From positions 1-64,000 of the forward strand of contig MU053216.1 of NCBI GenBank assembly GCA_013239625.1: a stretch of DNA of 64,000 bases, written 5' to 3'. This stretch comes from Lama guanicoe. Its lineage: Eukaryota. The notes beneath the pieces were generated by a model. It was not told the DNA's origin. It saw only the letters and a program-made list of their open reading frames with translations, and did no database searches. The position numbers were made by a program, and so were the translations under genes. Shown here piece by piece: positions 33,571 to 45,242 of this stretch (position 1 is the stretch's first letter; every line of letters begins with the position of its first letter).

Positions 33571-35953
33571 AAAGACTTTTCAGATCAAATGAGGATATTA
33601 GTAAAAATACCAATCTGGCTTCTGCATCTCTCACCCTAATTGCCCACCTCAGGTTTGTCTGTGTTAATCACATTCCCTCTAATGAAATAGTTACAGAGCA
33701 CTCAGAGCAACTGAACTTAGTGTGTGGCCATCCTAATTTAGGGGTTCTCCCTCCACTGTCCCCTTGGAGCAGGGAAATTGTCAGTGGTTTTGTGCATACC
33801 ACAAATTAACTTATGCCATCTGATTATGGGCTCTTTGAAGACAATAACTTGACTTACTCAACTTTGTATTCTGCACAGTACCTCAGAGTGCTTTAGGGTA
33901 CTAGTACTAAATACATTTGGGAAGTATTTAGTGAGTATGTTGGCTTACTCTGGGGAGAGGGACGGGAGAGAGCCCTGCAAGCACCAGTGCATACACCCTT
34001 AGCTAGTGACAGGTCCTGTGCTTGCTGGCTCGAATGCTGCCCCATTCATTTGTTCATTCATTCATTCATTTTGAAATACCTGTTCTGACCACAATCAGGG
34101 ATATGTCTCAACTTGTGATATATGTAGTATTGTATCCCAGAACCTGAAGTATATTTTGCCCCAGTGGCCTACTTTGAAGTATTCGCAGCGGTATTCTAGC
34201 TATGTGAATTCCCCTTTTCAAAATTCTCCAAGATGCCCAAAGCTATTTATATTTTTGGCTCCAGTATAAATTATTTCTTAGTAAAGCTGTTTATTCCTTA
34301 GTACTTCACTTTGAGGAAATGTGTTTTGTGGTCAGCCTGCTGAAAAAGATTTCCCAATGTTTTTGCTCACGTGGGTTGCCTATCTCCTAAGGATGTCAGA
34401 GGCCTCCAGTTTCCTGTTCTCCTTAGGCCCAATTGCTGGCTATGACTGTGGGCTGGCATCTTGTAGAGTCTTGCATATTTGGAGGAAGAGGAACTGCCTG
34501 TGTGTTGACACCGTAGAAAGGTCTGCCCTGTGCTGGGTTAGTGTCGTTTGCTCTCTTGAGCTAGACCTGCCTGTAGCTTTCAGCTGTGTTTGTGAGTTGA
34601 GCATAGCATGACTCTTGAAACTTGAGGATTGCCCTAACCTGACTACATATATCCAGTCATAATCCCTGAGAAGGAGTTGAGATTACTTGTGAGTAAACAA
34701 AGAGCTGGTACAAGATGTCAGAGATGTACGGACAGTGAGCAGCCATGGGAGATGGATACAGTGCCTCCCTTGGGAGCAAAGCTGAGCTTACTACCCATTA
34801 TGAGAGATGTAGGTTCCCTAAGCTTAAGTTTCTTCTCCTGTAATGCAGCTGTCTCCTGGCCCTCTTTGCACTACCCTGTGGTTATCAGGGCTCAGGTAAC
34901 CAGTGCAAGAAAATGTTAATATTCTGGCTACTATTGCTATGAGTAGTAAATTCCTTTGTTTCAGGGTAAGAGGCTGGGAAACCTTGGGGCACTTTTCCCC
35001 ACCTTTCAGTATTTTCATCTCCCTGGGGCCTGATTAAAGACTATTTCCTAAGGATCAGTGTACCTATCTCTAGTTTCTGAAAAGCTCATTTGAGTGGGGT
35101 GCATGTTATGAGCCATGGTCGCTGGGCCAGGCCCTTGCTGAGCCGATTTGTTGTGTGGCAAAGGGCAAGGCTGGGCTGCCTCCTGTCTTCAGCTTCCTGC
35201 GTCCCAGTAAGTTACTGCTGCTGTAAGGAGAGGTTTTGATGAATGCTTGCTGTTCAGGTGTTGAACCCAGGCTGTGATCCTAAAATAGAAATAGTACACC
35301 TTGCAGAGAAATTACCCACTGGGCATAGCCCACAACCAAGTTCCTTTCACACACTTGTCAGAGCATCGTAGATAAAGCCCATTGAGTTCTGTTGGCAGAG
35401 AATTCATTTCTAAGCCTGGGTGGTCTTGACGTAACTACAGCCAGGTATCGGCTTCCTAGTTTTGCTCCTCAGTCTCAGAGCCAGGCATTCCTTGGACACA
35501 GTAGCTTTGGGAATGGCGGACCAGACAGACTGCTCACTAAATAGGCTGCATTACTGTGGGAGGGACCTGGGGGTGGGGAGCTGTTTTTCTGTGGTGACAG
35601 TTTGGTGCAAAAAGCACAAATCTTTTGAAGGCAAGCAACCACATGTAATGTTTTCAGCCTTATCTTTAAGATTAATGAGGTTCTGAGTAAAGGGTGACAG
35701 TAAGAGGAGTTAGGGGATAGATTTCATTTCAGCAGATCGCTGGCCTCTGGGACTGAAGCGGGTGTCCTTGATGGGCTGTGATTAATCAGTGTTTACTTGC
35801 AGACATGAAACCTAAGAGGACTAAATTATCACACCCTTCATGTTTGTGTTTGCTTTTAGTGACTTCCATCACAGGGAGCTCTCTGCCCCCTGGGGCTGAG
35901 AGCCCCTACCCTTTCCCGAAGTCGAAGCTGCAGGGCGTTGGGGTATCAGCCAG

Positions 35954-36094
35954 ATGTCTTCTCACAAAGGACCCGTGGTGGCCCAGGGCAGTGGGGCTCC
36001 TGCTGGTAACAGGGAGGCTGACACAGTGGAGCTGGCTGAACTGGGACCCCTGCTAGAGGAGAAGGGCAAGCGGGCTGTCACCAACCCAACCAAA
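35954..36094 (+). CDS. ADIPOR1: ADIPOR1 first coding exon
   Basis: MSSHKGPVVAQGSGAPAGNREADTVELAELGPLLEEKGKRAVTNPTK. Confidence 0.97.
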
Positions 36095-39000
36095 GTAAGT
36101 CTCATTTCTTAAGATCTTGACTCTCCCCAAAGGAGGAACCGTAGCGCCCTGGGACTGCCTCTATCCGAGTCAACATCATGCTGTGTTATAACTCTTTATT
36201 TGTGTTTTTTCCACTGTGAGCATTTGCTTATACCCCAGTGCTTAGCACAAGACCTGAAATTCAACAAGTAGTCAGTGCATGTCTGTGATTAAGGGAGGGA
36301 AGCAGTCAGAATCGGTTTTGGCTTCATGTAACAAAGAAAAATCCCTGTAGCTGTGACAAGGTAGGTGTCTCTGACGTGGAAGAGTTCTGGAAGTAACCAG
36401 TCCAGGCTGGCGTAGGGGCTCCACTGCTGGCAGGCACCTGTCTTGATCTTCAGTCATTTTTAATGTGTCACCATGGCGGGTAGCGGGGGCAGGGCGGCGG
36501 GGAGAAGGGCCTGCCCTTTCTGGAAGCACCTGGCAGTACTTCATGTACATGGATGTGGTCTTTTCAGTTTGCCTGTGGTAACATTGCCACCCTGAACAAA
36601 ACCAGGGACTCCATTGCCAAGAATGGATGTTGGGGGGCTCTTTATCACAAAATCTGAGAGGAACCATCAACAGGAGAAAGTAGCCCAGAGAAGGAGCTGA
36701 GCTGCCAGCTCTTGACCTCTCTCCTTGGGAGGCAGCTGCTGTCTCACATGCACACTGTGTATCAGGCCTCCTTTGGGTCCAGGAGTCCCTGCTGCTACTT
36801 CCTGTGGAACCAGTTCTGAGGCCCTGCTTCTCCCGGAGCTGCTGTGGATACAGAGCATCAGTCGTGGTAGCATCCCCAGAGGTGGGGAACCTAGAGCCGA
36901 AGTGTTGTTAGGAGAATCTCTGAGACTCTTATCTTTCATTCTTTTGAGAATTCAGTGGTCTGAAAGAAATATTTGGGAAATTGGGCAAAGTTAAGAACCG
37001 CTGTCTCACAGACAAGGGTGGGCTGCTCAGACTAAAGATCATGAAGGCCTGGTGTGCTGGTCTCCATGCCTCTAATGTCCGGCCATCTGGCTCCCGTGTG
37101 CTCCACTGGGCTCTCACTCCCGCGTTTACAGGGTGGTAAACTCGTTAACCACTGTGGAGTTGGGAGAAGGGCCTGTGTGTGGGAGAGGGGCTGGGCAGAA
37201 AGCAGTGAGTTTGGGTTTCTCCGGACGGCACTGCTCTGGACTAACACAGCTCACACGGGAGCTCCTGTGTCTCTGCTTCCTGCAGGCTGAAGAGGAGCAA
37301 GCATGCCCCGGGCCACAGGAGGAGGAGGAGGAGGTGCGGGTGCTGACCCTTCCCCTGCAAGCCCACCATGCCATGGAGAAGATGGAGGAGTTTGTGTACA
37401 AGGTTCTGTCGGGGACGGGACTAGTGGGGCGGGCTCAGCCGGGCCCTTCCCTCCTGGCAAGCCAGCTAGGAGGCAGGTTGGGGGGAGCTTTTTATTCCTG
37501 GGCGTAAGTTTGTTTTTCTTTAAGGCAAAGTAAATCAAGGGAAAATTTGGCTAAATTTTGGCTAAATTTGGCTTTAATTTTTACTGCCTACTGTGTTACT
37601 CAAAATGTGTTCTAAAACAGGAGTTCTTAACTATTTTTGCTGTTGATCCCTTTGGCAGTCATCAAAATATTAGAATGTGTTACAGTAACATGGGCACTTT
37701 TATTACTACATTAAATATGCATTAATGACAGGCTGTAATGTATTTTATTAGAATTTATAATTTCTAAGTAGTGATGAATAGAAACAATATTCTGATATCT
37801 ACAAAACAAATGTATGAAAATTCCTGTGATTTCTATTGGTGACAGAGTCACGAGTCCTAATACTCCTGTGGTTTCTTGCTCACACTTGTAATTGAGAGAA
37901 TTGTTAAATTTAAAACCATACATAATTTCTGTTTCTTTGTTTTTATAAACTACATTTACTTAATTTTAAAATATCAAGTAGCTTAAAGGAGGTCCTGCCA
38001 TATTTTCGTTAAATGCTGAGAGGATATGCTTACCCCAGCATGTCCAGGTGAATTGTCGTGACATAAGAACAAAGGCACTGAGAAAAGCAGTTGGTGCTGG
38101 GACGGCCTCGCCCATGCTGTGTCTCCGTGTCTCCAGGCCCAGGCTGGCTCCCCACTGCTACTTGGGACCACCCAGAGCCTGCTGGGCGCTCCCTTTGCCC
38201 CTTGTCCTCGGGGAGCCCCACTCTCTGGGGCTACGCTTAGGGAGCGTATGCATTGTAGGTCTGGGAGGGACGCTGGAGGGTCATCCCGTATGACGTGCTC
38301 CCTGACTGGCTGAAAGACAACGACTACCTGCTGCATGGCCATAGGCCTCCCATGCCCTCCTTCCGCGCCTGCTTCAAGAGCATCTTCCGAATCCACACAG
38401 AAACTGGCAACATCTGGACCCATCTGCTTGGTGAGTGGTTTGGGTGGGGAAAATCAAATTTTTTGTCTCCTTAAATGCCAAGGCAGAAGGATAAACCAAG
38501 TTGTTCTAGTTGTTTGATAGCTGGAGTCATGCCTTTAAACTGCTGGTGAGCTTGACAGACCCTTTCTGGCTGTTCTCTAGCCCTGGGGAAGAAGGCCAAC
38601 AAACGGGAGAAACTGCAACCGTATGTTTTTATCAGAACTGCCCTCCCTGAAGGCAGTTCCTTCTGCTTCATGAGTCCCCATTGTCAGAACAGGATGCCAG
38701 CGTTCAGACATTGTCTTTCCTCTGGGTGTGTGTGAATGGTGCAGTTCTCTCCTGAAACTGCAGGCTGCCGTTCCCAAGCTAAACCCTGTGGTTTTAGTAC
38801 TGGTTTAAACCAGCACATTCCCATTTTCCTCAGGCTTTTTTTTCTCTTTTCCTCCCTCCTGTAGGTTTTGTGCTGTTTCTCTTTTTGGGAATCTTGACCA
38901 TGCTCAGACCAAACATGTACTTCATGGCCCCTCTGCAGGAGAAGGTGGTTTTTGGGATGTTCTTCTTGGGTGCAGTGCTCTGCCTCAGCTTCTCCTGGCT

Positions 39001-42000
39001 CTTCCACACCGTCTATTGTCATTCAGAGAAAGTCTCCCGGACTTTTTCCAAGTGAGTCAAAAGAATGTCAATAGGGAAAGACCAGGCACTCTTGTCACAT
39101 CTTGTGATCCAGGTGCCAACGGGTCCTGCAAGCACCAGGAGTGCCTGAAGATTCCCTGTTGGGAGGAGAGACTTTCAGTTATGTGGTATAATAGGGTGAT
39201 GAATCTTCCTCTTGAATTTTCATGAAAAATTTCACTGCAGCCTCCTCAACAGATGGAGCCCAGTTGTGGAGTGTACTTCCTGCTGTGCGGTACTATCCTT
39301 TGTGAAACTTGGGGTGCCAATGGGCTGCTCTCCAAGACTCAGTACCCGTCCTGTCCTACCTTCCTGTTGGCCTGAGCCGTTTGGGGCGTGGCCGAGTTTC
39401 TATGCTTCAGACTGCTAGAGCTGCGACCCACCAGTCAGGCAAAGCTTATCTTTGCTGCCCATGTGTTGCTGGAGGCGCCAGGTGTCCATAATGTAGTGCT
39501 TTCTGTGTTCCCCAACCCTGCGCTGGGGTTCCATCTGTTTATTTGCTTGTTTTTGTTGTTATTGTTGGGTTCGGTGGTGATGTTGAGTTATTTTGTTTTT
39601 CTCAATAATACCAGTAACAGGAATACAGTTTTATCATTAATAAGTAAACTAAAACAGAACAGTATGCCTTAATAATACTCTCAACTTAAGGGTTTTATTT
39701 TTAGAACTCAACCTGTCAGAACTGGGGAATATTCAGAGCCCTCCCTGAGTATAAGCTGGGGACCAGCTGGATTGTGCTAGTATCCATGACGGGGTATAGC
39801 TGTCACAACTAGGGGAAAGGGATACAGTTCAGAATTGTCCACTGTGAAACAGAAGTGTGTGACCTTGTAGGGTTTGGGTTCAGGATATTGGACAGATTGT
39901 AGGGGAGTGAGGGCTAGAGATGGTCAAATCTGAGAGCAGCTGGAGAACAGAAAGAAGCAGTTGAACAACCCACCAGAATACTTCACTTCTCCTCCTGATC
40001 CATTTCATTTTGTGGCTTTTTTCAGACTGGACTATTCAGGGATTGCCCTACTGATTATGGGGAGCTTTGTCCCCTGGCTCTATTACTCCTTCTACTGCTC
40101 CCCACAGCCACGGCTCATCTACCTCTCCATCGTCTGTGTCCTGGGCATCTCTGCCATCATTGTGGCTCAGTGGGACCGGTTTGCGACTCCTAAGCACCGG
40201 CAGACAAGAGCAGGTGAGTAGGAAGACAAAGTGTGTGGGCCTCGAGCCTAGTGGGCTCAACCCTTGGTCCTACAGCTTGCATTTTAGGGACCCCACCCAA
40301 ACCCTAATTTGTCTGTCTGTCTGTCTGTCTTTCTTTCTTTTTTTCTTTCTTTTCTTTCTTTCTTTCTCTTTCTTTTCTTTCTCTTTCTTCCTTTCTTTCC
40401 TTTCTTTCCTTTTCTTTCTCTTTCATTCTTTCCTTCTTTCCTTCCTTCCTTCCTCCCTTCCTTCCCTTCCTTTCTTTTCCTTCCCTTCCTTCCTTTTCTT
40501 TCTTCCTCTCCTTCCTCTCCTTTCTTTCTTTCTTTCTTTTTTATTTCGAAAAGTTCAGTTTAAAAAAATGTTGCTGTGAATTAATTGGATTCCTGGTGTT
40601 TGCTAGTGGCAGATACTTTTTGAGAATTCTTATTCCCTTTAATTATGGTTTAGCTCTCTGTTCTGACTCAAGAACTGACATATGTTTAAAAAAAACTGTA
40701 AGTAAACATTAGTGTTTTCTTGTTTTTATTTGACTAATTGTCAAGGGGAGAAAGAGGTTTGGAGATAAATCTGTTGACTTCAGTTTTAGACTAATTTTTG
40801 AAGTTTTCTGTTTAATGGCAGGTGAAGATAATTCAGAAATCAGTTGGATCTATGACTTCTGGTGTTTGAGAGAGTTCTGAACTGCAGATAGAGATTTAAG
40901 AATTTTCAATGAAGAGTCAAGAGGCTGAATCAATAAATATGGATAGGTTGTAAAGAAGAATCCGAGGAGAATAGGGTGCAGGGTGGCATCCTGTTCAAGG
41001 ACACTGACTAGCAGAAAGGCAAAGGAAGAAGAACTTAGGAGCATAAAATTATTGTTAGCACTAAATTCAGTGCCAGTTTTCTCAAAGAAACTGCCATTTA
41101 GATGAATAAAGAATACTATAAACTCATTTAGTATTAGTTATACCCTGTGAGGTACAGTGTTTCATAACCATTTATGATCATTCTTGTCTCTCCTCCCACT
41201 ATTTCTCTTCCCTCCAGCAGCGGGGTAAATACTCAGGTCTTGTGGACTGAGGCAATGCCTGCACTGAGTGGGGTATTGCTTGAGATCACACCTTATAAGG
41301 GACCTTCTGAATCTAATTGACTTTGAAAAATTTATAAAACACAGATTTCATAATAAAATAGCAGTAAAAACTAATCAGAAAACTTTGTGAGGTGCTCTGC
41401 CACTCCTGATTTGTCTTTGTAACTTTCAAAACAGCATGAATTTTCAAAGCTCAATTCTCTCCCAAGTTTCATACTATTTCAATAAAATGTTAATAGGACA
41501 GATAATTACCAAGCTGGCCAACTAGCTACAAGTATAGAAATGACAAGTATAGAAATGACTGCTCTTACATTTGGTTTGAGAAAGTTAAAAAATGTACAAG
41601 GCAGTCATTTTGGTGACCTGAGTCCTGAGCACTCAAACCAAGGGGTTAAAATTAAAACACCTGGAGTTATTTTACTAAGGGGATGGAAGGCTTCATTTGG
41701 TAAACAGAATACGTTGCGCATAAGCCCTGTTAACTGTAATAGCTGCACAAACGTGTGTTGTCCAGACTCTCATTACTTGTAGCAACACATCAATTACCAC
41801 TAGTCTTCAGTCCCTTTAGACTTAATATCTGCTATTTTAACGTTCATTGAAAGAATTAAGTGTTGATCAAGCACCAACCATGTTCCAGATGTTGTGCTTT
41901 CACAGGGGTGTCCACAGAAATGGAGGGGTCAAGAGGCCCCCATTCGTGCCTTCCTCTTACTCCTGTCCAGCAACCACAGACAGCTTTGAATCTGCGTATA

Positions 42001-43084
42001 TCTACCTATTTAGGAGGTCAGAGTCCTTAAGCGTTAAGTCTTCTCTAATCTTAACGGGAAACCTGCCCTGCTCCTCTCTGGCTAGGAAGCCACCTGCGGC
42101 CGTGCCATCACGGTTCTACACCCAGAGCAGCCATCGGAGAGGCCTGACATGTCATTTTTGCCACGGCTTCTTAACAGATAATAAAGAGTGTGACATATTT
42201 GTTCTCAGTGCTCCTTAGAAGGTGATAGCCCTGTCAGCATTTACACAGCCTTCTCCCCATTCTGGGCATGGAAGAAATATCTGCTGACTAAATTTCCTGA
42301 ACATGTACCATACACCAGAAAGTAGCTCATTCCAGAGGAAGACAGCAGGACTGCAGTGCCTTCTAAGCAGTGCTGCTCCGTGCCTGACAGCCTATGTCTG
42401 CTTTGTTCAGGGGTGTTCCTGGGGCTTGGCTTGAGCGGTGTCGTGCCCACCATGCACTTTACAATCGCGGAGGGCTTCGTCAAGGCCACCACGGTGGGCC
42501 AGATGGGCTGGTTCTTCCTCATGGCCGTGATGTACATCACTGGAGCTGGCCTTTACGCTGCACGGATTCCAGAGCGCTTCTTCCCTGGAAAATTCGACAT
42601 CTGGGTAAGAAATGACGCTCTGCAGGGCCTGTGGTGGTGAGACCGGCCCAAAGGCAAAGGTTGGAGTCAGAGGCAGCAAGAGACCTGGGGTCAGGTGGTG
42701 TTTGGGGGTGTATACGTGTACCTGTGTATACGTACCTGTCTGTGTAGGTAGGTGGGGGATTGTTGTGGGAGGGGTGATTAATATTAACATCTTGGCGTAT
42801 CTCTGACAGAACTTTAAAATTTTTTTCTACAACAAATTTATCACTTTCATGATGTAAAAAGATTTTGAGGAGGAACTGAAGAGGCGAGTGCCTTCTCCTA
42901 CTTGCTCCCAGCCCTCCTTGCCGTCGCCCTATAGGCCCTTCTCTTGTTCCTGCAGTTCCAGTCTCATCAGATCTTCCACGTCCTGGTGGTGGCAGCAGCC
43001 TTTGTCCACTTCTACGGGGTCTCCAACCTCCAAGAGTTCCGTTACGGCCTGGAAGGCGGCTGCACCGATGACTCCCTCCTCTGA
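35954..43084 (+). CDS. ADIPOR1: Adiponectin receptor 1 (PAQR1), complete spliced CDS (375 aa)
   Basis: Coding exons 35954-36094, 37286-37402, 38259-38430, 38865-39051, 40026-40213, 42411-42604 and 42956-43084 total 1128 nt, with GT-AG introns. PAQR motifs ETGNIWTH, SWLFHTVYCHS, DYSGI and QSHQIFH. Exon 2 starts at 35860. Confidence 0.98.
37286..37402 (+). CDS. ADIPOR1: ADIPOR1 coding exon 2
   Basis: AEEEQACPGPQEEEEEVRVLTLPLQAHHAMEKMEEFVYK. Confidence 0.97.
37618..37930. mobile_element. Probable hAT-Charlie-type DNA transposon remnant
   Basis: Starts CAGGAGTTCTTAACTATTTTTG...CCCTTTGGCAGTC, a Charlie-like terminus; AT-rich body. Confidence 0.4.
38259..38430 (+). CDS. ADIPOR1: ADIPOR1 coding exon 3
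   Basis: VWEGRWRVIPYDVLPDWLKDNDYLLHGHRPP...NIWTHLL. Confidence 0.97.
38865..39051 (+). CDS. ADIPOR1: ADIPOR1 coding exon 4
   Basis: FVLFLFLGILTMLRPNMYF...HSEKVSRTFS. Confidence 0.97.
40026..40213 (+). CDS. ADIPOR1: ADIPOR1 coding exon 5
   Basis: LDYSGIALLIMGSFVPWLYY...HRQTRA. Confidence 0.97.
40310..40545. repeat. Compound (TCTG)n/(TTTC)n/(TTCC)n polypyrimidine low-complexity tract in an ADIPOR1 intron
   Basis: About 230 nt, almost entirely C/T. Confidence 0.95.
42411..42604 (+). CDS. ADIPOR1: ADIPOR1 coding exon 6
   Basis: VFLGLGLSGVVPTMHF...PERFFPGKFDIW. Confidence 0.97.
42956..43084 (+). CDS. ADIPOR1: ADIPOR1 last coding exon
   Basis: FQSHQIFHVLVVAAAFVHFYGVSNLQEFRYGLEGGCTDDSLL*. Confidence 0.97.
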   Translation, partial: FQSHQIFHVLVVAAAFVHFYGVSNLQEFRYGLEGGCTDDSLL

Positions 43085-43765
43085 GCTGCCCCCACAGGGC
43101 CCAGGAGAAACTTCCCAAGTGCTTTTAAAATGACTTCTTTGCTGAAGTGAGAGGAAGAGTCAGTTGTCTGTTTCTAGAAGAAACCTCCTAGAGAATTCAG
43201 TACCAACCAAGCTTCAGCCCACTTCACGCTCACTGGGCAATAAACTCTCCATTCCGTAGCTGAGAAGAGTGGGGGTGGCCAGACTCAGCCATCGCCCCTT
43301 GGTAAGGCAACTACTATCCCCTCACAGAGGTAGGACTTTGAAGCTCACGTTGAGATTTTACCCCTCCTCCAACCATTTTGGGGAAAAATGATGGACTGGG
43401 ACTCTTCAGAAATTCTGTTTCTAGAAGAAAATGTCCCTCCTTTACCCCCATCCTTACTTTGTAACCTGGCTTATAACAGGCCATCCGTTTTTGTAGCACA
43501 CTTTTCAAAAACAATTATAACCTGGTCCCATCTTTCTTGGGCCTGGACCTGCTCACCCAGCAGGAAGAACAAAGCCACCGACCTTTACACAGCCCGGCTA
43601 ATCATGGAGGTGTGTCCAGGCTTCGAATAACTTGAGTTTTAATTTTTTTTTTCTTGGCAGAGTAATGTAAAATTAAAATGGGGAAAGATATTTAATATTT
43701 AATACTAAGCTTTAAAAGGAAACTTGCTGTCATTGCTATGTTACTTGATGCAAAGACTATGATGT

Positions 43766-43771
43766 AATAAA
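43766..43771 (+). terminator. ADIPOR1: ADIPOR1 polyadenylation signal (others: AATAAA at 43239, ATTAAA at 43843)
   Basis: AATAAA hexamer in the 3' UTR. Confidence 0.65.
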
Positions 43772-45142
43772 AGAACAGAAGACACTTGGCACTCAGAGGT
43801 TTAACATGTGTGGTCTCAGCTGTTTGCACACAGCTCCAGAGGATTAAAACCAGTAAAATAATTGCAGATTCTGCTGAGGCACGAAACTGAATCATAGGTA
43901 TTAACAGACCTGGCACGTGCAGGCCAGTGAATGAGCCTAATTGAATTCCTGGCATCTGCTCCTCTATAGCACTTTATTTTTCTCTGCTTAGCGCACAGAC
44001 ATTTACTAGGGAAGTTGTTATGCTATAGTAGTGTTCAGTAATTGTAAGACACCTGCCTCGTGAGTATCAGTGTTCTACTACTTATTACTTTAGACTTTAA
44101 TTCTTTTAAAACTGCCCTGATGAAGGTTGTGCCATACGGAGGTTATTCCACGCCTTTCTGTGCCGCTGCAAAGCGCCTTTCTGTGCCATTGCAAAGTGTC
44201 TTCAGCCAGACATGAATTCTGCTCGTTGGACGGCAAAAGGCCCCCAGGAGTCATTTCTGAGCTAGTGTAGGCTTCAGATGAGAATCTTCTTGAGTTTCAG
44301 AGTTGGGTTCACTTCAAGGGTCAAGTTTGCACAACTAGGAGAACAAATGATCCTTTTAAAAAAGAATCCAACTAGGTCAACATATCTCACCCTCCAGTGA
44401 GAATCGTGGAAATGTAAATTAAAACCAAACTGAGAAGCCACTTCACTCCTAGTAAGACTGACACAAATGAAAAGTCCTAGCATAGAGTGTTGGTACTGAT
44501 GTGGAGCAGACCAGATGCTGCTGGTGGAACCACATATTAGTAGAACCACTTTGGACGTGTGTGGAAGTGTGTACACACAACAGCACGCAAACATTACGTG
44601 AAGCAGCACTTTACAACGTGAGATGCGTCTGATACCTGTTCTGGATCTCTTCGTTTAAAAAATGCTTGTTCTGACCAAAGTTGTTTCATCACTTATTAAT
44701 GGGCCACAATTCACATTTTGAGAACCATTACCCTTGAGAAGCTTAGCTTGTTCCAAAAGACTCATTGCAGCTGTACGTAGTAGCAAAGTACTGCAAGGAC
44801 GCCGAATGTCCAGAAATGTTGAGTGCAAGAATAAATCTTGGTTTATTCTTAACATGAAATGCTATTTAGCAGCAAAAATTAATTAACAGGGACAAGCAAC
44901 ATAATCTTAAAGATTAGGGAGAAGTGGATATACTTAGATGTACCTGGTATGACTACATTTATGTAAAGTTCAGGAACTAATAACAGCTTCAGGATATAAA
45001 CATGGTAAATATTTTAAAAAGGAAATGTGAATTCAGAAAAACGGCTACCTCTGAAGAGGAACGGACAGGATGAGGGGCGCATGGGATATTTCAAAAGTAA
45101 AACTTTTGTTCTTTAAATAGGTGGTGAGTACCCACGTCTTCC

Positions 45143-45242
45143 TTTTTTGTTTTTGTTTTTTTTTAAGTGAAAGCAAGTTTATTTAGAGAGATACACGCTC
45201 CATGGACAGAGCAGGCTGTCTCCAAAGGCAAGAGAGAGCAAG
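45143..45242 (-). mobile_element. ~100-bp poly(A)-tailed LTR-R-like retrocopy
   Basis: Minus strand reads ...CATGGAGCGTGTATCTCTCTAAATAAACTTGCTTTCACTT then an A-rich tail. Diverged TSD; homologous to 62242-62361. Confidence 0.7.

Noticed and set aside
40067..40579. 170-aa and 84-aa Phe/Ser/Leu-rich ORFs
   Set aside because: Read-through of the intronic polypyrimidine tract, out of frame with ADIPOR1.
44151..44196. 23-bp tandem duplication (also a 15-bp duplication near 41529 and AAATTTGGCT x3 near 37543)
   Set aside because: Ordinary slippage-type micro-duplications with no evident function.
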